Positions 48,901-56,687 of a stretch of 56,687 nucleotides of DNA are shown piece by piece. The stretch is taken from IMG/VR virus record IMGVR_UViG_3300045995_000154; one strand, given 5' to 3'. The notes beneath the pieces are model-generated. The model made no database searches. It saw only the letters and a list, made by a program, of their open reading frames with translations, and had not been told where the DNA came from. The DNA comes from an uncultured virus (IMG/VR IMGVR_UViG_3300045995_000154). Its lineage: Duplodnaviria; Heunggongvirae; Uroviricota; Caudoviricetes. The translations under genes and the position numbers were made by a program. The stretch's first letter is position 1; the number at the start of each line of letters is the position of its first letter.

Positions 48901-51900
48901 AAACTTTGCGACACTAACACTTGGCCAAATGCGTAACCATTTGGTTACATTGTATCGTAACAGTATGGACGTCACCGGAACTGTACCAGGCACAAGTAAC
49001 TTGCGCGACCTTAACATAAAGTTACAGGGCGGCAGTATACTTAAACACTCAGCGCCAGTTCTGTACAGCGAGTTATTCTTAGTAGATCAACAAATGAATT
49101 TTGTTGACTCTGTGAAGTTAGCTCAACGCGAATACACTAAATTCAAGAATCGTTTCTTAGAATTAGCTACAACAACTAACGTAAGCTTGACTGATATACC
49201 AGCAACTGCGGATGCAATTATCAAGCAAATCAATAGTATTAAAAATAGTTCGTTCCCGTGGTACTACAGCGATATGCTTCCACACGGCGATGCTAAGACT
49301 GTGCTACCTGACTACGCAATTCTGGACCCTCGAGTTAAGTCGTACCAGTTAACATCTATATTTGATGATACAGTGTTAAGCAATAAAGCAGTATTGGTTT
49401 ACATTAGTAGATCAGTGGGCAACAATACAACTAAAACATTGTTAGCAAAAGGCAGAGATTATTCCTTTAATGCGGATGCTCCGTCTATTACGATTGCGGA
49501 TACATATAACTTAAACTACAATGATATTTTATCTATCGTTGAGTACTCTAATACTGACGGTAATTTTGTTCCTGAGACACCGTCTAAGTTAGGCCTTTAC
49601 CCAAAATTCACACCAACCAAGTATTTAGATAATACGTATGTAACACCTAATTACGTAATACAAGGCCACGATGGTAGTTTGACTCCAGCGTTCAATGATT
49701 ATAGAGATGACTTGCTATTAGAATTAGAGATGCGGATCTTTAATAATATCAAAGCAGTATATGATGTATCGATGCATGCCGATCATACACCTGGCAAGTT
49801 CCGTAATACCGATTACAACTTAGCGGAATATAACCAAATCTTGTCTAACAGTTTCCTAGTGTGGGCGGGCGCAAATCGCTTAGATTTTACGGCCAACAAG
49901 TTTTTCCAAGGCAGTAACCCATGGACATGGAACTACAAAAACTTCCGTGACACGGTTGATGGAGAGTTCTTACCGGGAAGCTGGCGTGCGATTTTCATGT
50001 ATTACTATGATACAATGCGCCCACATACCCACCCTTGGGAAATGCTAGGCTTCAGCGACAAACCTACGTGGTGGCAAGACCGTTACGGTCCAGCGCCTTA
50101 CACTGGTGGTAACTTAACGCTATGGACTGACCTAAGTTTGGGCTACATCCACGCAGGCGAACGTGCGGGTATTGACACGACTTACGCACGTCCTGGCTTA
50201 CTAAGTCTTATCCCGGTAGACGATGCAGGCAATTTGTTAAGCCCCGAAAAGTATGCAGTGCTTGATTTTGACGGCTCCAAAGCCAATACAAGTTTTGCAA
50301 TTGGTGATGTTGGTCCTGCGGAAGCAGCATGGCGTAAGAGTTCTGACTATGCTTACGCAGTGCAAATTGCAATGGCTTTAACTAAACCAGCGATGTATTT
50401 TGGCTTATATGCCAATGTGGAGCGTTACAGCATGGATGCCGGGTTAATGCAATACGTCAACAAGACTACACACCAGCACTTAACTCCTACATCAATTGAA
50501 GTCAACGGTGATACATCTAGTGGTGGCGTTATCCGCACTGCGGGTTACGTAAATTGGATTGCTGACTACTTAAAGAACTTAGGAATTGGAGACCCACAAG
50601 CAAAAATTAAGACAGCGTTGAAGAACGTGTCTGTACAGCTTAACTACAAGGTAGCTGGTTATACTGATAAGAAGTTCTTGAAGATTTTAGCTGAACAAGG
50701 TAGCCCATCGTCTACCAATAACAGTATTGTTATCCCTGACGAAAACTACAGTATCATCCTAAACAAATCTGTCCCTGTTGAGAAGATAGTTTACTCTGCG
50801 GTTATTGTTGAGAAGAGTGCTGGTGGTTACACTGTGTCTGGTTACGACTTAAGCAACCCCTACTTCACTATCATCCCATCACAAGCCTCCAATAATGCTT
50901 ATTCTATTAAAGTTGGTGCACTTACTGGTACTATTTTTAAAGATTACTATTCTTTATTGCAAAAAATTGCATACGGTTACGAATTTACGTCTACACAAGA
51001 AGTCGTGGATTTCTTAGTAAGCTACCAACGTTCATTGCAAAGCCAAGGATTCATATTCATTGACTCTGACCTAGACTTAGGCGAGAAAAAAGATTGGGTC
51101 TTGTCTGCTAAGGAATTTTTAACTTGGGCGCAACAAGGATGGGCTCCTGGCAACATAATAGTATTGAGCCCAGTGCACAGCAAATTACGAGTGGCAGCAA
51201 CCAATTCAGTAGTTGATGAGATTGTTAACACCCCAACAGGCTCTAAGCTATTAGATCCAAATTTTGGTACTATTAAGAACACCAACTTCACCGTAGTTCG
51301 GTCCGATAATGATTTTACGGTAACTAGTTTTTCAGGGCAGTCAATAGCGTTAGCTGAGTTAAGCTTAGTGCAATACGAGCACGTCATTATTTTTGATAAC
51401 ACGACAGTATTCAATGATATCATTTATTCTGCAGACACTGGCAATCGCCAATATCGTTTGAAGTTTGTGGGATACAAAACTGCAAATTGGTCTGGTGTAT
51501 TGAACCCACCAGGTTTTATTTACAATGATGCAAAGTATGACATCTGGCAATCTGGTGTGGATTACCGCAAGGGCCAGCTAGTAACGTTTAAGGATTTGTA
51601 TTACACTGCATTGACTGATGTAGTAGCATCAGTGGATTTTGTTACCGCAGATTGGAAGCAAATTGATCAGGCACAACTTAAAATCGGGTTGATGCCTAAC
51701 TTTGCAAACAATGCTAAGATGTTTGAGTCTGTATATGATGTTGATAATCAGCCGTTCAATGAGTCGGTCAACTTCTATAGCAATGGCTTGACAGGATTCA
51801 GGGAACGTAATTACTTAACTGATTTGTTGATAGATGCAGAAACCCAAGTTAAGTTCTATCAAGGTTACATAAAACAAAAAGGCACGCTTGATGCGGTGAC

Positions 51901-54900
51901 TGCGTTGTCATCAGCTGAGATCAATGGCTCCCCTACCTCTATCAATGTATATGAAGAGTGGGCATTACGTGTAGGTGAATACGGTGCAACGGAAAGCAAT
52001 CATTACGCTGAGGTAATACTTAGTGATTTGGCAGTTACCGCAAATCCAGCAGCATTGCAGTTTTTACACGATGGCGAGACACCTGTATTTGGTGCGACAG
52101 CATATTATCCAATGGATATATACCGCGCATCTAAAAACAACTCACCAGAGATGTTTGATACACATCAAACATCAGCTGACAAGATTACATTACCAGTCGC
52201 GGGTTACCCACGAATAGACGATGTCGATGCAACAATATTTGATTTTGCTGATTATCGTAATTTGTCATCATCCATTGCTAACATCGGTACTGGTTATACT
52301 ATTTGGACTGCAAAAGACTTCAGTGGTAGCTGGAATGTGTATCGTGTGTCCGAGACAGGTGTTCACGTTGTATCATTGACTTACAACATGGACAACTTAG
52401 GCACAGTTACAACCAACGGCCCACACCAAATGGCAATCGGTGATATTATTGCGCTTAAGGGATTCAGCTACACCGTAAACGATACACTTACGTCGTTTGA
52501 CGGCTTTTATCAAGTATACGATGTAATAGATAGTTTGAATTTCACTATTGCTATAGTTACTGGGTATACCACATTGCAAAAAGCCAAGGTGATATACGAC
52601 TCTGCTATGTTGTTTAAACTATCTTCAAGCAGGTTAAAAACAGTTGCAGATATTCAAACGGCTAGCCCTCTATATGGATGGACAGCCAATGACAACTTAT
52701 GGGTTGATAACGCATCATCTAATGGTTGGGGTGTTTACCGTCGCAATGAGCCATGGGCATACGCAACAAAAACCATTCCTAATATCAGCGAATATTACGC
52801 TGGAAATAGTTTTGGTAAAACAGTTAAAGCAAGTAAGAGCAAGCAGTTCTTGTATGTAGGGTCGCCTGACAGTGGCAATGGTCGCGTATCAAGCTTTGTG
52901 CGCCAAGCCACTGGTGAGTATATAGAAAACGCAAGCTGGGTCCAACATAGCAGCTACACAAGCGGCGCAAGCGGCACATTAGGTTTTGGTGATTCGCTAG
53001 ACTTGAACGACCGTGTCATGGTTGTTGGTGCAAGCAAGAGCAAAGGTGCAGGTGTCAACGATTTACACCAAGGCCACGTTTACATTTATAAGATAGAAAA
53101 TGGAACAGGCATTGCATTACAACAAGTATTAGTGTCACCACTTCCTGCGACAAACGCATATTACGGTGCATCAATATGCTCATCCAATGATGGGAATTGG
53201 TTGTATATTTCTGAGCCCGGCGCATCTAACGGCGGATTAGTTCATATATATGAGTGGGTTGATAGTACTCTTGCTAACCCATATCCAACGATTAATTTAG
53301 ATATCGGATATGTTGGACCAGTGGCAATTGACTCACCTGACGTCATAGTGCAAGGCAGTGCAGCGTATATTTTAAATATAGACTATACAGTATCCACGAC
53401 TATAGCTGGTAGTACTCTAACATTTACGTTACCTGTTACTGAAAAAATATCTATAGATTACTCCACCAATTACAAGTATCGTGGTGCATTACCAGCTGCT
53501 GATACGGCACCTGGTGACAATTTTGGTGTAAGTATCAATTGCGACTTATATGGCCGTACTATCATTGTTGGTGCAAGCAATGCAGCATATGTATTTGATC
53601 GAAGCGTTGAAAACTTTATAATGGTTGGCACATCGAATACAGTAACTACAAAGCGCTCAATTGATAGCAGTTTTAAAGTATTATTGGATGGGGCAGAACA
53701 AAAACTAAACACAGAATACATACAGTACGGGCAAGTAGTGCAATTCTTTGTGGCTCCAGCAGCCGGAACAATTGTATCAATTGAAAATAACCACTTTACG
53801 CTAATCACTAAACTGACTGGTATTCCTGGCCAACAATTTGGGTCCAATGTGATAATGTGTGATGATGCGTCGTCCATGTACGTTTCTGCGCCAGCATATG
53901 ACGGTGGTGTTCACAAGTTTACCAATCCGGCAAAATTGTATGGTGTAATTACAGGCACTGTAGTTAATCCAGTAATTACTGCTGGGGGCGAAATTAGAAT
54001 TAATAACGTAGATGTCCTACTAGGTGGGACTACGCTGGCATCAGTCATTGATTCTATCAATAGTTCAGGTATACCTGGTATTACTGCAAGTAATTATGAA
54101 GGTAAATTGAGAATAGCGTCGGCTACAATTGGTGTTAACACGTTTAATGTATTACCTGGGATTTCTAGATTAGCATTTGACGCATTGGGGCTAAGCACTT
54201 ATCCTGCATCACAAATTATTAATCATCCGTTATCCAACGTGAGTGAGGTCTTTGGCATTGCAATGAGTATTTCTGAAGACGAGAACACATTGGCAATATC
54301 GTCCAGCGGTGCAACTACTATTGTTGGGATGGTGTTTGACACTAATACTACAGACTTTGACTCTGGTAGTACAGTATTCACACATGCAACTGTTGATAGT
54401 GGCGCAGTGTATGTATTTGACTTGATCAACAATCCACATGCTACAGTAGATAGCCCATCAGTGTTTGAATACACTCAAGTATTGAAGCCTGGTGCGATGA
54501 GTACTGGTATGATGTTTGGTGCGGCTGTTGAAATAATGGGTAAGTCGATCTTTGTTGGTTCCGCTGGTGACAAAATGTATGACATTGCTGGTGGATCAGT
54601 ATTTGAATTCTTTAATGCTGTAAACTACAAAGGATGGCAGCTAGTTAGAACTGAAACACCACAAGTTGATTACTCAAGTATTTCTAAAGCGTTTGTATAT
54701 AACAAGAACACGCAAAGCATTCTTGCCCGTCTTGATATATATGATCCAGCTAAGGGAAAAATATTAGGCATTGCTGACCAAGACTTAGACTTCAAAACAG
54801 AACAAGATCCCGCATCGTACAATAATGGCATTGATGGATTTAGTTTAGATTTCCATTGGAGTGACTTGCAGCTAGGCAAAACATGGTGGGACTTGAGCCA

Positions 54901-56687
54901 AGTACGTTTTGTTAACTACGAACAAGGTTCGTTAGATTACAAAAATACACATTGGGGCAACACCTTCCCTGGCAGTAAATTTAAGGTATACGAATGGACA
55001 GCGAGCGAGTATATCCCGTCTCAATATGTAGCCAATGGTGGTAACGGTGTACCTAAATACTTAGATGATAGTTATTTTGTTACGCACATGTACGTAGATA
55101 AGTCTACAAATGTTATTAAGAGCAAGTATTACTATTGGGTGGGCGACAAGACTACAGTTGACACTAACTTAACCAATCGCACTAATAGCGGTTACACGAT
55201 ACAGCAGATTTTATCTAATCCACGAGACCAAGGTATTCCGTACATCGCTGCTATTGCGCCAACCGCAGTTAGCTTGTTCAATATTAATAATTATTTGGTT
55301 GGGCAGGCAATTGCATTACACATTGACCACACGCCAATACAAAATACGAATATTATTCACACTGAGTATGAGCTAGTTAAAGAGAATACGAATTCGGAAA
55401 TTCCGCATCGTATTATAGATAAGCTTCAAGACAGCTTGTCTGGTATCAATTTTGCTGGACATGCAGTGCCTGCCCCGGCGCTCAGTGTAGCTGCTCGTTA
55501 CGGTATTGACATTCGCCCCCGTCAAACAATGTTTGTTGACAGGCAAACAGCATTGGCTAATTTTGTCAAGTACATCAATAATGTATTCGCACAGTACCCT
55601 ATTGCTAACTTGCGGAATCTGAATAAGTTGCTCAACGGTGAAGCAAAACCAGCTGCTGGTACAGGCGAGTATGACAAGATTTTAGTTACTAAGAACGAGT
55701 TAGGATACATCTTAAAGACTAACCTAACTGATGGATACAAAGTATTAGTAAACAACGACACTGATTACGATGGGCTATGGACCATATACGTGTGGTCAGC
55801 AAGTAAAGCTGAGTGGACATTGAGTCGTATCCAAAGCTATTTGACTAGTTTGTATTTTAAGTATGCAGATTGGTATGATGCATCTTATAGTAAAACAACG
55901 ATCCCATCATATACAATCGCAGCATACCCATTGATCAGTAAACTAACGTTGGTTAATGGCGATGTTGTCAAGGTGCTAGACGACGGCAATGGTAAGTTTG
56001 CCATTTACCGGGCTACTGCTACATTAACCTTGGACAAGGTTGCATCAGAGGAAGGCACGATTCAAATCTTGCCTACACTGTACGACTTAGAAGCCGGTAA
56101 CATGGGCTTTGGTAATGATAACTTTGATACGATTCGATTCGACCAGAATCCTATACTTGAAACACGCGACGTTTTCAGTGCAGTGTCTGATGACATCTTT
56201 ATCGCTGACTTGCAAATTGAGTTCAACAAACTATTCTTTAGCTTGGTTAACTACATTTACACAGAGCAGTCTGCACCTGATTGGATCTTTAAGACATCGT
56301 TCTTGTCCGTTGTTCACAACATCCGCGAGTTAGCACAATACCCAAGCTACATCAAGGACAATCAGACTTACTACGAAGACTACATCAACGAAGTTAAGCC
56401 ATACCGCACTATCATCCGTGAATACTTGCCAACGCAAAGTACCACAGATTTCTTGCACACTGGCGTAACTGACTTTGACTTGCCATCGTATTACGACACG
56501 ATCTCTAATACCTACCGCTCACCGTCTGGGGAGCAGTATTACGATGCAGAACGTTTGGCAACAGACGTTAACTATGCAGATTGGAACAATCACCACACAT
56601 ACAAAGTAGTTGAAATTGCAGTATCAGCGTCTGGAGACAACTATACAACTGCCCCAATCATAACTATTTCTGGTGGCGGTGGTACTG
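45965..56687 (+). CDS. Giant baseplate wedge/adhesin protein (gp7-like position, >3574 aa, truncated at right edge; not in ORF track)
   Basis: ATG 45965 MAAFKTHNFLPEVFRTDTNQKFLNATLDQL...DKFVNFSQYYWLP; frame continues to ...YTTAPIITISGGGGT at the window end. Contains a CBM5/12-like motif (~51545-51665) and FG-GAP-like blades (~52800-54610). Confidence 0.9.
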   Translation, partial: MAAFKTHNFLPEVFRTDTNQKFLNATLDQLTSEPNFKKVSGYIGRKFAPTYKVGDGYVAEPSDSRQHYQVEPGVIVNNPQAGTTDFYASYPDLINKIAYYGGNVDNHSRLFSNQAYSYSGLLDLDKFVNFSQYYWLPNGPDSVVVSANGVPLNYSWDVHFNTGTNTYYFGTGMVNNADITLAYGGSYTFNVDGTNPFWIQTQPGMTGLDANRPNVSTRDVFGVLNNGASTGSVTFNVPQIDTQLRFMSMNTAASVDYATKLSYKDIQAVSLATFNTISGLDGTTGNIHNKTLIFVGGVYDDLDWTASTTRTAALTNTDAAFMLSAIGVDQLPWTMNVPMGATVVESARSSTWLITVDSDGYINLSPQQAVAVNEKVYVKSGSANATKDFYVDYYDRFTLVPSTTAALDTLYYQSGSTASAVGTIKLVQPVNDILNPLVDIEGKQYYVSPNGVTFTSGLQITFDHSVTPEFANRTYYVSGVGESIKLVPADHLLSIEDWATSTVSEIAQGVGYKVNDLLTATGGVYTQPATILITGVSATGTVTTFKILSSGLYSTLPVNPVTVIGGSGTGLKLNLALQPVTHDYLTVNRASADLNAWSRSNRWTHVDVIKYVAEFNGTELLLDQNASAKRPIIEIQRNTKLFNHGTVAKAPIDILDSVITNAYTQIEAVPAISATLFVTTVAGATVILRHGDRVVFSKDTSTIVRNKIYTFTIVNVSNDPFSAEYIGSLIEATDSIIATGNSVVVKNNTTTEFWFNGSEWLASQSKLAANQAPLFDAFDKNGISFGDTSFYTNTNFTGTPIFSYKTGAGANDTVLGFPLSYRSFNNVGDIQFSNNFDTDTFSYLIGPVTYTVPVNTGLLHITSDISTFSVANGWTLTNEFTKQYQLISYIADGVNNVFEVDILPEAPDTVPSIKVLVNSKFVDTAKFGLTQVGIRPVVVIDSTLLAANDSVDILIYSKTASALGFYQVPSNLDNNAENANFATLTLGQMRNHLVTLYRNSMDVTGTVPGTSNLRDLNIKLQGGSILKHSAPVLYSELFLVDQQMNFVDSVKLAQREYTKFKNRFLELATTTNVSLTDIPATADAIIKQINSIKNSSFPWYYSDMLPHGDAKTVLPDYAILDPRVKSYQLTSIFDDTVLSNKAVLVYISRSVGNNTTKTLLAKGRDYSFNADAPSITIADTYNLNYNDILSIVEYSNTDGNFVPETPSKLGLYPKFTPTKYLDNTYVTPNYVIQGHDGSLTPAFNDYRDDLLLELEMRIFNNIKAVYDVSMHADHTPGKFRNTDYNLAEYNQILSNSFLVWAGANRLDFTANKFFQGSNPWTWNYKNFRDTVDGEFLPGSWRAIFMYYYDTMRPHTHPWEMLGFSDKPTWWQDRYGPAPYTGGNLTLWTDLSLGYIHAGERAGIDTTYARPGLLSLIPVDDAGNLLSPEKYAVLDFDGSKANTSFAIGDVGPAEAAWRKSSDYAYAVQIAMALTKPAMYFGLYANVERYSMDAGLMQYVNKTTHQHLTPTSIEVNGDTSSGGVIRTAGYVNWIADYLKNLGIGDPQAKIKTALKNVSVQLNYKVAGYTDKKFLKILAEQGSPSSTNNSIVIPDENYSIILNKSVPVEKIVYSAVIVEKSAGGYTVSGYDLSNPYFTIIPSQASNNAYSIKVGALTGTIFKDYYSLLQKIAYGYEFTSTQEVVDFLVSYQRSLQSQGFIFIDSDLDLGEKKDWVLSAKEFLTWAQQGWAPGNIIVLSPVHSKLRVAATNSVVDEIVNTPTGSKLLDPNFGTIKNTNFTVVRSDNDFTVTSFSGQSIALAELSLVQYEHVIIFDNTTVFNDIIYSADTGNRQYRLKFVGYKTANWSGVLNPPGFIYNDAKYDIWQSGVDYRKGQLVTFKDLYYTALTDVVASVDFVTADWKQIDQAQLKIGLMPNFANNAKMFESVYDVDNQPFNESVNFYSNGLTGFRERNYLTDLLIDAETQVKFYQGYIKQKGTLDAVTALSSAEINGSPTSINVYEEWALRVGEYGATESNHYAEVILSDLAVTANPAALQFLHDGETPVFGATAYYPMDIYRASKNNSPEMFDTHQTSADKITLPVAGYPRIDDVDATIFDFADYRNLSSSIANIGTGYTIWTAKDFSGSWNVYRVSETGVHVVSLTYNMDNLGTVTTNGPHQMAIGDIIALKGFSYTVNDTLTSFDGFYQVYDVIDSLNFTIAIVTGYTTLQKAKVIYDSAMLFKLSSSRLKTVADIQTASPLYGWTANDNLWVDNASSNGWGVYRRNEPWAYATKTIPNISEYYAGNSFGKTVKASKSKQFLYVGSPDSGNGRVSSFVRQATGEYIENASWVQHSSYTSGASGTLGFGDSLDLNDRVMVVGASKSKGAGVNDLHQGHVYIYKIENGTGIALQQVLVSPLPATNAYYGASICSSNDGNWLYISEPGASNGGLVHIYEWVDSTLANPYPTINLDIGYVGPVAIDSPDVIVQGSAAYILNIDYTVSTTIAGSTLTFTLPVTEKISIDYSTNYKYRGALPAADTAPGDNFGVSINCDLYGRTIIVGASNAAYVFDRSVENFIMVGTSNTVTTKRSIDSSFKVLLDGAEQKLNTEYIQYGQVVQFFVAPAAGTIVSIENNHFTLITKLTGIPGQQFGSNVIMCDDASSMYVSAPAYDGGVHKFTNPAKLYGVITGTVVNPVITAGGEIRINNVDVLLGGTTLASVIDSINSSGIPGITASNYEGKLRIASATIGVNTFNVLPGISRLAFDALGLSTYPASQIINHPLSNVSEVFGIAMSISEDENTLAISSSGATTIVGMVFDTNTTDFDSGSTVFTHATVDSGAVYVFDLINNPHATVDSPSVFEYTQVLKPGAMSTGMMFGAAVEIMGKSIFVGSAGDKMYDIAGGSVFEFFNAVNYKGWQLVRTETPQVDYSSISKAFVYNKNTQSILARLDIYDPAKGKILGIADQDLDFKTEQDPASYNNGIDGFSLDFHWSDLQLGKTWWDLSQVRFVNYEQGSLDYKNTHWGNTFPGSKFKVYEWTASEYIPSQYVANGGNGVPKYLDDSYFVTHMYVDKSTNVIKSKYYYWVGDKTTVDTNLTNRTNSGYTIQQILSNPRDQGIPYIAAIAPTAVSLFNINNYLVGQAIALHIDHTPIQNTNIIHTEYELVKENTNSEIPHRIIDKLQDSLSGINFAGHAVPAPALSVAARYGIDIRPRQTMFVDRQTALANFVKYINNVFAQYPIANLRNLNKLLNGEAKPAAGTGEYDKILVTKNELGYILKTNLTDGYKVLVNNDTDYDGLWTIYVWSASKAEWTLSRIQSYLTSLYFKYADWYDASYSKTTIPSYTIAAYPLISKLTLVNGDVVKVLDDGNGKFAIYRATATLTLDKVASEEGTIQILPTLYDLEAGNMGFGNDNFDTIRFDQNPILETRDVFSAVSDDIFIADLQIEFNKLFFSLVNYIYTEQSAPDWIFKTSFLSVVHNIRELAQYPSYIKDNQTYYEDYINEVKPYRTIIREYLPTQSTTDFLHTGVTDFDLPSYYDTISNTYRSPSGEQYYDAERLATDVNYADWNNHHTYKVVEIAVSASGDNYTTAPIITISGGGGT

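Noticed and set aside
46418..56333. Short ORFs on both strands within the right-hand 10.7 kb
   Set aside because: All lie inside the single giant plus-strand frame starting at 45965
1..56687. Genome-wide TAG reassignment (genetic code 15)
   Set aside because: All long genes, including late structural and lysin-domain genes, are open under the standard code; in-frame TAG was seen only at the pth2 locus

Overview
A 56.7-kb segment of a large T4-like (probably jumbo) myophage genome. It holds the head module (gp20 portal, acidic core protein, gp21 protease, gp22 scaffold, gp23 capsid), a tape-measure-like gene, gp26/gp51-like chaperones, gp46/gp47, a gp55-like late sigma factor and a baseplate operon (gp48/54-like, gp53, hub, gp5, gp25, gp6). 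Two giant genes run off the window edges and are absent from the ORF track: a >1979-aa Thr/Gly/Ser-rich repeat fibre (minus, 5938 to <1) and a >3574-aa wedge/adhesin (plus, 45965 to >56687). Radical-SAM and sulfotransferase-like accessory genes are interspersed. The most striking feature is a plus-strand island (12.5-15.2 kb). It encodes a tRNA whose cloverleaf places CUA (amber suppressor) in the anticodon, and a Pth2-like peptidyl-tRNA hydrolase gene beginning ATG-AAA-TAG. That gene is preceded in frame by a leaderless ATG-CAA-TAG leader whose readthrough frame crosses a terminator hairpin, and none of the 35 complete genes ends in TAG. This suggests a double amber-readthrough-gated switch. 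Other candidates are a -1 frameshift joining gp26 and gp51-like, a ~0.8-kb structured non-coding region beside a GIY-YIG nuclease, leaderless late mRNAs and overlapping early/late promoters. All family calls come from motif recognition and synteny; no searches were run.
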